Virus record (IMG/VR): IMGVR_UViG_2690315754_000004
Location: 1,612 to 65,611 of that record
Source of the DNA: a virus
Taxonomy: Duplodnaviria; Caudoviricetes
Reading direction: 5' to 3' (one strand)
Length of the DNA: 64,000 bases
The notes below the pieces were generated by a model. That model saw nothing but the letters and a program-made list of their open reading frames with translations. It was not told where the DNA came from and ran no database searches. Positions 9,082 through 16,823 of the stretch are shown piece after piece. The translations under genes were made by a program, and so were the position numbers. Position 1 is the stretch's first letter, and each line of letters begins with the position of its first letter.

Positions 9082-11460
9082 CTATGGAGCTATATCAAGT
9101 GCACGATGGAATGCAGGATGCACATAAAATGCTTTCTTTGAACTTTCTATATTTGGTAAATAAATTTTTAATTTTTCAATATCATATGCCAATTCGAATG
9201 AATATTTAACTTCATCACCAAATTTCACGCCTAAAAACGAAAACCATAGCAAAATATCTATAATCTCATCTATATTTTCAGACTGCACATTCGAGTCCAG
9301 AAAAATTAACTCTATGTCATCTCTAGAAATACTCGGTTCTTTTCCAATGAACAGCTGAATTAATTTAGGATATTTTGGGAAAACGTCTCTGATTTCATAC
9401 TTCAAGTTATTAAATTCATCTTCAGAGTAGCCTTTCTCCGCAAATAATATATCATCTTCAGTAACCCGATTATGCTCTCTGCTAATTGCCGTTTGAATAC
9501 ATTTTGTTATGAAATTAAGAACAGACCTTGGATGGTAAAATGACCTTTCCAGAATATATCTAAAAGATTCCATTCCTCCAACATGAACCTCAAATAATTT
9601 TTGCCAAATATCCCTAAAATTTGTATCTATTATTCCTTCCGTTGCAACAAACCTTTTTCGTACCAGCTCCTCAAGTAATATCTGATCAGACCAATCGAGG
9701 TTCGCAATTGATTCCTTACCTCTATCTGGCGTATGCTCAACCAAAAGATCACAAATATCTTTCCGCAGAAAAACTACACTATTAAAATTCACATCGTTTG
9801 ATTCTAATTGACGTTGTATTTTTCTAGTGGCATTTAATAAGCTTCTAACTATGGCTATATCTGCTTCTGTTGCCCCCTTCATAGACCAGCCCTTATCAAT
9901 ATTATCAAATAATAGCCAAACTTCTTCTTTGTCTTTTATGTGCCCAATCACCAAGTCATTTAATTCTTTTACCTCAGATTGATATATCATACGGGTTATG
10001 TCTGGGGACTTAAGTTTTCCCTGCAGTTCTTTAGGATATGCATTAACAATTTTTTCGACAAGTGCGAGAATGCGTTCAGAGAAATCCCCACCAGAATCAT
10101 ACTGATGCTTTTCAAATTCAAATTTCAAGTTATCGTAATTTTTTAAACTTCGCGGATCCTGCCATGCACTACCGCGTTTGTTTTCAAGAATCTTTTTTGA
10201 AAGCTCCAAAAGGATCAGATAGTTCCAGAACGATGTCAATGTGTGCAACTGCAATCCTTCGCTCAAATTATCAATTACAAACTCTTTGAGTTTCGTAAAA
10301 TGGTGTCCTTCTGGTTTTAAATCCAGAACTATTGCATTTTTATTGTTAAGGACATCATTTCTAACGCCATAAAATATGGCTGTTTTGCCAGATCCTTTTC
10401 GTCCTACAACTAATCTTGTATTTCCTGACCTAGTTTGAAGAAACTGTGGAGTTTTTACGAAATACTGCCTTAGCGACCTTATTTCATTTTCAGCTGCAAT
10501 ATTTCCTATATTTATTTTTTCTAAGAGTCCTTTTATTGGAGTACCCGTCAATTCAGGTTTATAATAAAGTGATTCTGAAACTTCTCTGACAAATTTGTTG
10601 ATAATATTAGGAATGGCATTATGATCCTGATAAATCACCATAACATCACGATAATCAATTGGCTGAATCGTATACCCTTCCTGCAACATAAGTACATGTT
10701 TACCTTTTGCCATCGCCAGTCCGCTAACAAAGGCGCACAAAGCGTTGTGTGTCTGAGCTCCGTCTCGATTTACGTCAATTAGATGCGCAATTACAGCTTT
10801 TGAATGGCTAACCTGTCTTATGGCTTCATATAAAGATAATCGCGTTGTCTCATTTGGGTCATAAGTTCGGAATCTAAATAAAGCAGATTTTTTTAGGGAA
10901 GAAATCAGTTTTACACTTCCATCAGAATTATAGGGGCTCCTTAGAAGGAAAGTAGGTTGGCTATCATCAATTGCGTGAGTGGATTCTTTTATGGGCGTAA
11001 ATGAATCTTTTCTAGTTACAATTTTCCGTAATTGTTGACTGTTTTGAAAATCTTCATATCCTAGTACGTCAAAAATTCCTAATTCTTCAAATATCTCTTT
11101 ATCCTTATTAAAAGAAGTATCTCTAACTGGAACTACGGGCTTACCCATGCCAATTGCATAGCCAATTTCAAATAAGACATTAAAATTTAAAGTCGTTATG
11201 TTTGCTACGACAAAATCTGAGCTATTGATTGCATCACAGATCTTGCAAAAAATTATTTGTCCAGTCGTTAGGAGGTCTTCCCAGGATTTCCAAGAAGCAG
11301 CTGATGAATGCTTTTGTAAATCTCGCACAGCTGATAAAACTGTTTGGGATAAGTGAGCTGGGGTGCTTGGATAGATAAAGAAACCGTTTAATGTCTGATT
11401 CTTAGGTAGTAAATCCTCACATTGGCCTTTCTTGTATTCGCAATACTTAGATACGACCAT
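9082..11460 (-). CDS. Tandem NDT/TIR-like domains plus P-loop ATPase (Sll1717-like), defence candidate (cassette)
   Basis: NFNVLFEIGYA nucleoside deoxyribosyltransferase-like motif and a second degenerate copy. Walker A GRKGSGKT, Walker B WLLFDNID. Confidence 0.7.
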   Translation of the reverse strand: MVVSKYCEYKKGQCEDLLPKNQTLNGFFIYPSTPAHLSQTVLSAVRDLQKHSSAASWKSWEDLLTTGQIIFCKICDAINSSDFVVANITTLNFNVLFEIGYAIGMGKPVVPVRDTSFNKDKEIFEELGIFDVLGYEDFQNSQQLRKIVTRKDSFTPIKESTHAIDDSQPTFLLRSPYNSDGSVKLISSLKKSALFRFRTYDPNETTRLSLYEAIRQVSHSKAVIAHLIDVNRDGAQTHNALCAFVSGLAMAKGKHVLMLQEGYTIQPIDYRDVMVIYQDHNAIPNIINKFVREVSESLYYKPELTGTPIKGLLEKINIGNIAAENEIRSLRQYFVKTPQFLQTRSGNTRLVVGRKGSGKTAIFYGVRNDVLNNKNAIVLDLKPEGHHFTKLKEFVIDNLSEGLQLHTLTSFWNYLILLELSKKILENKRGSAWQDPRSLKNYDNLKFEFEKHQYDSGGDFSERILALVEKIVNAYPKELQGKLKSPDITRMIYQSEVKELNDLVIGHIKDKEEVWLLFDNIDKGWSMKGATEADIAIVRSLLNATRKIQRQLESNDVNFNSVVFLRKDICDLLVEHTPDRGKESIANLDWSDQILLEELVRKRFVATEGIIDTNFRDIWQKLFEVHVGGMESFRYILERSFYHPRSVLNFITKCIQTAISREHNRVTEDDILFAEKGYSEDEFNNLKYEIRDVFPKYPKLIQLFIGKEPSISRDDIELIFLDSNVQSENIDEIIDILLWFSFLGVKFGDEVKYSFELAYDIEKLKIYLPNIESSKKAFYVHPAFHRALDIAP

Positions 11461-11482
11461 TGATGCTCTCCATTATATTAAA

Positions 11483-11544
11483 ATCGAAAGATGAGCTGTG
11501 GGGCGGCATGGCCCTCGCCGTCCCACACCAGCGAGTTGTTGGTG
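11483..11544 (-). other. attC: attC site 5 (R' G>T variant)
   Basis: R'' CACCAAC, core nearly identical to attC1, R' TTTCGAT. Confidence 0.8.
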
Positions 11545-11586
11545 TACCGGCTTTCGCTTATGTATATTCTTCAATTTGGCTAAGTT

Positions 11587-11707
11587 GGGGACGGGATACG
11601 GACGGGATACGGGACGCCCTTCATATTTGTATATTTGTAATATATTTTCGGACATATTATTTTAGTAATATGAACGGCGTGCCCTAAACCACGTCCCCTG
11701 AACCCCT
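11587..11707. repeat. REP/MITE-like element, copy B
   Basis: GGGACGCCCTTCATATTTGTA...TATGAACGGCGTGCCC with GGACGGGATAC tandem stutter. Confidence 0.65.
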
Positions 11708-11769
11708 AATTTTAATTCGGCCCTTTAATCCTCCGGTCAAGTTTAATTGGTTGTTCGGGATGACTTATG

Positions 11770-12192
11770 TCACCCAGTTATCCGCTTAACCAGCAAAATG
11801 AGTGAAACAAGCGCAACCGCGAATTGCATCGTAACGATATAATTGGTAGTGTTAAATCGACCAGTAATACCTTCTTTGGATTTCTTAAGCAAAGGCTCTA
11901 TTAATTCATAAAGACCGAGCTCTTTCTCGTAAGCTTTAATTATTTCAAACTTTTCTTTTTGTCGTCGTCTGTGATGCAGGGCTATAATCAGACCTGTAAT
12001 TGCAGTGCAAGATACGCCGATATAACCTACAACAAGGACAAAAGAGTCAACCCCTTTGATCTCTAAGCCAACAACACCGATGAAAAAAAGGATTGAGTAC
12101 TGAAGGACTTTCCATGTTTGGTCACGCATGTGGAAGTGATCCTGCCATTGAGTTTGTAGATCTTGAGAAATATTTTGCGGACTTGCGACCAT
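11770..12192 (-). CDS. Small multi-pass membrane protein (cassette)
   Basis: AAGGAG RBS and three hydrophobic segments. Flanked by R'-like GTTCGTG upstream and R''-like CCCGAAC downstream. Confidence 0.75.
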   Translation of the reverse strand: MVASPQNISQDLQTQWQDHFHMRDQTWKVLQYSILFFIGVVGLEIKGVDSFVLVVGYIGVSCTAITGLIIALHHRRRQKEKFEIIKAYEKELGLYELIEPLLKKSKEGITGRFNTTNYIVTMQFAVALVSLILLVKRITG

Positions 12193-12230
12193 TTTTATGT
12201 CTCCTTGACCAGCACGAACTGATTTGTGGT

Positions 12231-12347
12231 AGGGGCTTTAGGGGACGGGCGGTACCGGGACGCCCTGTATATTTGTAAATTTGCGATTCATTTTCTGCAA
12301 AATCGTTCGGGTAATGTATAAATGTGAAGGACGTTGCTTCACGTCCC
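12231..12347. repeat. REP/MITE-like element, copy C (abuts attC6)
   Basis: GGGACGCCC...ATTTGTA.ATTTGC.AT.CATTTTCTGCAA.AT.G.TCGGGTAATGTA shared with copy A. Confidence 0.7.
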
Positions 12348-12404
12348 AACGTGCTGCTTTGGGGCGGCATGCCCCTTGCCGTCCCCAACAGCAGGTGGTT
12401 GGGC
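12344..12404 (-). other. attC: attC site 6
   Basis: R'' GCCCAAC, CTGTTGGGGACGGC / GCCGCCCCAAAG stem, R' GTTGGGA. Confidence 0.85.
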
Positions 12405-12534
12405 CTCTCATTACATTAGTTCACAAGCCCAGAGCCAAGCTTACCAACTGTTAAGTAAGGGCAGCGGTGCAATAGTTCTGCTAAAGCGATAAGGTCGGAA
12501 GTCCTTTTTTCGCTCGGCGGCATGCCATATCCAT

Positions 12535-12651
12535 TATTTATTCTCATTGTTTTTGTCAGTTAAAAATTTAACACGATACTTGAGCAAAATAAAATATAGA
12601 AGACTTCCACCTACCCCTAATATTATGGAGATTATAAATATTGTTTTCATC
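12535..12651 (-). CDS. Possible 38-aa single-TM peptide (MKTIFIISIILGVGG...)
   Basis: AAGGAGG upstream and a hydrophobic helix; below the ORF-track cutoff. Confidence 0.4.
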
Positions 12652-13359
12652 TTTCCGTGCCTCCTTATCTTTAGATTCCCGACCTTATATATATCAAAGC
12701 ACACACCCTCGATTGTCTATAGCAGTCCAGCGTAAATTCATACGTATCTCTCCGGCTGCCCAACTTTAATATTAGTCGTCACGATCGTTTATAATACAAT
12801 CATATATTATCCATCAGGCATGCCTGTGGTCTGGGCGAATGACAATTATTCAGCAAATTGATTGAAACAAAAGCAAACATTATAAAAATATCGCCTAAAA
12901 CCATTTCGATGCACTTAGGTTCGATTGTCGATCTGTGATGGCCCCCGCCTCCAAATGAAAAGAAATCGTAAACATTCACTGTATAGTGGACAGCTAGAAT
13001 TTTTATCGCAGAGCATAATTGTTTGGCCCGATAGACCTGATGAAATAGAATTGGGGCCTTACCTGGGCCTTATCAGCACGCCCCTAATCCTTTGATTTAA
13101 TAACCCAGTATCAAAAAAGACATAGGCCAATGAAAAAAAAGACGCCGCTTCATCCTTTATCATCTATTATATTGCCATGAATATGGAGCAGGGATCGCCT
13201 GGTACCTATCGCCATGGCTTTCTTATGTCAATGAAATTATTGAAAAAGACATTATAACAAAATGTTAGAAGGACAATGAAGGCTGGATTGACGGGCCGGT
13301 GCCAATCAGGCTATCGATGGGACAAAGAGGGGGATTTGTTTTATCAGAGGTGACACACC

Positions 13360-14052
13360 ATGTGCGGCCGTTTCGTAGGATTTCGGAACCTTGAGCAGCT
13401 CAAGCCATATTTCCCCATCGATGAAGCCATCGGCGGGGAGGCGGTGGCCAACTACAATGTGGCGCCCACCCAGGAGATCCTGGCTATCGTCAGGCACGAC
13501 GGACGCAACATCCTGGACCGGTACCACTGGGGCCTGGTGCCCTTCTGGGCCAAGGACAAGTCCATCGGTTACAAGATGATCAACGCGCGGGTGGAAACCG
13601 TGGCCTCCAAGCCCAGCTTCCGGGAGGCCTTTAAAAAACGGCGCTGCCTGATCGTGGCCGACGGCTTTTACGAGTGGGCGGGCAAGAAGGGCAGCCGGCA
13701 GCCGATGTACATCACCCTGCCGGATGAAACGCCGTTTGCCTTTGCCGGGCTGTGGGAGATCTGGCACGACAGGGAAAAAGATGGGGAAGCCTATCGATCG
13801 TGCACGATCATCACCCGGCCGGCCGCGGGGGGCATAGAGCGGCTGCATGACCGCATGCCGGTGATACTGTCTGCCCAGGCCTACGATCCCTGGCTCGATC
13901 CCGGCAACCAGGATGCGGCGCTGCTGGGCCGGTTGCTGGAAGAAAAGGCGCTGACCGAATTGACGTTTCACCCCGTGACCCGGGAGGTGAACTCGGTCGG
14001 GCACAACGATCCTTCCAACCTTGCGCCGGTGCAGATGGAGTTCGGGTTTTAG
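13360..14052 (+). CDS. SOS response-associated peptidase (SRAP/HMCES/YedK family)
   Basis: N-terminal MCGRF, YNVAP, WGLVP, INARVET, GFYEW and HDRMP. Confidence 0.95.
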   Translation: MCGRFVGFRNLEQLKPYFPIDEAIGGEAVANYNVAPTQEILAIVRHDGRNILDRYHWGLVPFWAKDKSIGYKMINARVETVASKPSFREAFKKRRCLIVADGFYEWAGKKGSRQPMYITLPDETPFAFAGLWEIWHDREKDGEAYRSCTIITRPAAGGIERLHDRMPVILSAQAYDPWLDPGNQDAALLGRLLEEKALTELTFHPVTREVNSVGHNDPSNLAPVQMEFGF

Positions 14053-14169
14053 CGCGATGGCCCGCCGTTCCAACCACTTTTTACTTGAACCGCTTGCAAT
14101 TCAGGCATGATGATTCTAAATGATTCAATCATTCGCAGCCCATTTTCATGTGTTTCGGGAAGATAAACG

Positions 14170-14376
14170 ATGAGAGAGTTCAGCGTGATCATCGAAAAGG
14201 ACGAGGATGGCTACTTTGTAGGCACCGTTCCGGCGCTCCGGGGTTGCCACACCCAGGCAAGGTCGCTGGATGTCCTGATGAAGCGGATCAAGGAGGCGAT
14301 CGAGCTTTGCCTGGAGCTGCAAGAACCGGTTTCAAACGAGTTCATCGGCGTTCAAAAGGTGGCGGTCAATTCGTGA
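14170..14376 (+). CDS. hicB: HicB-like antitoxin (short form)
   Basis: FSVIIEKDEDGYFVGTVPALRGCHTQA...IKEAIELCLE. Confidence 0.9.
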   Translation: MREFSVIIEKDEDGYFVGTVPALRGCHTQARSLDVLMKRIKEAIELCLELQEPVSNEFIGVQKVAVNS

Positions 14377-14597
14377 CCACAGTCCCATCGAGTACCGGCA
14401 GCCGGCTTGTCCGGGACTTGCGCAAATTCGGATTTGAAGTGGTGCGCGCCAAGGGCAGCCAGCATTTCCTTCAACACGCAGACGGCCGGTGCACGGTCGT
14501 TCCCATCCATAAAGGCGAGACCATCGGGCGTGGACTTCTTGCGCAAATATTGCGCGATTGCGACCTGGATGGAGAAGAGCTCCAAAAGAAATTATAA
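14373..14597 (+). CDS. hicA: HicA-like toxin (GSH motif reads GSQ)
   Basis: LRKFGFEVVRAKGSQH...VVPIH..TIGRGLLAQIL; GTGA overlap with hicB. Confidence 0.85.
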   Translation: MTTVPSSTGSRLVRDLRKFGFEVVRAKGSQHFLQHADGRCTVVPIHKGETIGRGLLAQILRDCDLDGEELQKKL

Positions 14598-14653
14598 AAG
14601 GGCGGCAAGATCATGCCGCCCAGGAGTATTCCGCGTATTTCAAATCCCGCCGA

Positions 14654-14845
14654 TTAACCTGTCTCCACCTCATTCAAAGCCGCCCGCCGCTCCTCCTCCA
14701 GGATCTTCGATCGCACTTCCTCATCGGCGATGGCCGCGTCCAGGTCGGCCACGGTGACCCTGCGGCCGGTGGCCAGGGCGAGCACGTCGGTGAGCAGTTT
14801 GAGGCCCGCGGCCCACAGGGCGGCCTCTTCCTTGGTCATTGCCAT
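14654..14845 (-). CDS. Small phage protein at the end of the late operon
   Basis: AAAGGAG RBS and phage-like codon usage. Confidence 0.55.
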   Translation of the reverse strand: MAMTKEEAALWAAGLKLLTDVLALATGRRVTVADLDAAIADEEVRSKILEEERRAALNEVETG

Positions 14846-14867
14846 GGGGGTTCTCCTTTCGATGGGG

Positions 14868-15566
14868 TTAGTTTTGGGTCAGCAGCACGAAGCCCGCGTC
14901 GATGAGCTGGTTTTTGGCCTTGCGGAACGCTTCCCGTTCGAACGTGTCGACGCGGCTCAGGGCCAGGGTGGCGCCCCAAAGATCCAGCGCCCGGCCCACG
15001 TCGTCGAGCAGGGCGTTGAACCGGCGGCGCTGATCGATGGCAAGGGACGCCTGGCTGTCGATGAAGCCTTGCTGGGCCTGGTTGTACCAGGTGCGCGCAT
15101 CCAGGTAGACGGCTTTGGCTATAGCGTGGGGGTGGGAGGTTTCGCTCATGATCTGGGAGGTTGCGGTCTGGTTGGGGGCGCAACCGCAAAACGAGAGGGC
15201 CACGGCGCCGGCCACGAGCAGGGCGAGCACCAGGGGCAGGGCGATCGCTCCGGCCTGGCCGGTTTTTTTGGCTTTGGCCTTCTGGCGGTACTTGCTCACG
15301 ATGGCCATGAGCACGCCGGCGGCGGCCAGGACGGATTCCACGGCGCCGAAGGCGGCCTGCTGGTCGTCGGGGCCGAACTCGATGCCCCGGCCCTGGAGGA
15401 TGAAGGCGGTGAGCACCAGGGCGGTGCCGCCGATGCGGCCCCACAGCACGCTGCCGATCCATGGGTCAGTTTTTTGGGGGTCTGTTTTAGGGGGATCGGT
15501 TTTTGGGAGATCTGTTTTTACGGGATCTGGTTGGGCAAGATTGGATTTCAGCGGTGCGGTTTTCAT
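14868..15566 (-). CDS. Holin-like membrane protein with internal lipobox (lysis module candidate)
   Basis: AAAGGAG RBS, two TM helices, then a signal-like segment ending LSFCGC. N-terminal KTDP repeats. Confidence 0.5.
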   Translation of the reverse strand: MKTAPLKSNLAQPDPVKTDLPKTDPPKTDPQKTDPWIGSVLWGRIGGTALVLTAFILQGRGIEFGPDDQQAAFGAVESVLAAAGVLMAIVSKYRQKAKAKKTGQAGAIALPLVLALLVAGAVALSFCGCAPNQTATSQIMSETSHPHAIAKAVYLDARTWYNQAQQGFIDSQASLAIDQRRRFNALLDDVGRALDLWGATLALSRVDTFEREAFRKAKNQLIDAGFVLLTQN

Positions 15567-15862
15567 GGCTTGGGCTTCTCCTTTGACGGGCTGCGGGTTG
15601 AAGGGTTTGACCGGCCGTTAACACCTGGGGGCCCGGCCGGGTAAAGTTCGTTATTTTTCCTGGGGCGAACCTGCCCGGGCCCGCCGCAGGGCCCTGTCCT
15701 TGGCCGATGCGATCTTGCGCAGGACGGCCGGGTCCATGTCGAAGGCGATGTGGCACCGGGCGCACAGGCAGGTCTTGGCCTGGATGCGGACGCCGCAGTA
15801 GGGGCAGATGCCGGTGATAGACTCGCCCCGGGGGCCTTTCATGGCGCTGTCCGGGACGGGTC

Positions 15863-16204
15863 TCATTGTTTCACCCCGGCATCGACGTTGAGCATCTTCA
15901 AGGCGAAGCGGATGCCGATCCACAGGAGGGTGCCGAAGCCCCCGGCGATGGAGACGGCGATGAAGCACGCCACCGCCCCGCCGATCTTTTCTCCCCGGCG
16001 CCGGATTTTGATCCAGGCCTTGATCGCGTCGCTGGCCTCCTCGATGCCCTTGTTCAGGTTGCCGTCGCCCATGTCGCGGAACCGGCCGACGAGGTGGCCC
16101 ATCTCGGCCTGGGAGGATGCGGCCAGGCCGCACATGCAGCTTCCCTGCATGGTCTTTTCGATGATCCGCGCGATCTCTTTTTTGTCGTCATCGGACAAGG
16201 CCAT
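15863..16204 (-). CDS. C-terminally anchored membrane protein (holin/antiholin-like)
   Basis: GAGGAG RBS and a single C-terminal TM; follows the tail genes. Confidence 0.55.
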   Translation of the reverse strand: MALSDDDKKEIARIIEKTMQGSCMCGLAASSQAEMGHLVGRFRDMGDGNLNKGIEEASDAIKAWIKIRRRGEKIGGAVACFIAVSIAGGFGTLLWIGIRFALKMLNVDAGVKQ

Positions 16205-16335
16205 GGGCCTTTACTCCTCGCTTCTGCTTATAGATGGATCATCCGCCATAGACGGCGATGGCAAGCGCCATGGCCAGGTCGACCAGCACCAGGATCAGCA
16301 GCGCCAGGCGCACCCGCGTGATCATGGCGGGCGCC

Positions 16336-16818
16336 TCAGCTCCAGGCGGCGACGGCCGCCCGCACCCAGGTATCGGCGGCCACGCAGAGGTAAAGATAGC
16401 CGGCGTCAAAGGCCATCTGGCCCGGGATGCCCGGATCGGCGGCCGACGCGGGCGGGTCCACCCATTGGGGCCGGCTGACCAGTTCCCAGGAGGATGGGCC
16501 GCGCACGGCCTCGGCGTTTTGATCCTGCACCCAGGCCCGCCAGCCGAAAGAGGGCGTGTGGTACTCCCAGGCGCCCGCCACGCGCACGGCGATCTCTCCC
16601 GCGTGGGCGGACCAGTCGCCGGTGGCGCCTGCGGGGATGATGTAGCGGTCGCCGTTGGCGGGCGAGGCCGGCGGGGCGGCGGTCTCCATGCTGATCACCG
16701 ACAGGTGGACGACGGCGCCGAGTTTCTTTAGATTGGCGTCCATGCCGGCCTTCCAGCCGGATTCGCGGAAGTCCCAGCCGTAAAAAAGGTTCAGGTTCGG
16801 GTCGTTTTGTGCGGCCAT
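16336..16818 (-). CDS. DUF2793-like tail fibre/tip accessory protein
   Basis: APPASPANGDRYIIPAGATGDW.AHAGEIA....GAW....P..GW.AWV motif. Confidence 0.75.
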   Translation of the reverse strand: MAAQNDPNLNLFYGWDFRESGWKAGMDANLKKLGAVVHLSVISMETAAPPASPANGDRYIIPAGATGDWSAHAGEIAVRVAGAWEYHTPSFGWRAWVQDQNAEAVRGPSSWELVSRPQWVDPPASAADPGIPGQMAFDAGYLYLCVAADTWVRAAVAAWS

Positions 16819-16823
16819 GGTTT

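Noticed and set aside
6052-12404. CRISPR array suggested by recurring GGGCGGCATG..GCCGT palindromes
   Set aside because: The spacers are gene-sized (0.7-2.4 kb), the repeats have attC box architecture, and there are no cas genes.
12405-13300. attI site or intI remnant upstream of the array
   Set aside because: Only an isolated GTTGGTA (12442-12448) and an attC-core fragment (~12516-12526) are visible, with no integrase-like reading frame.
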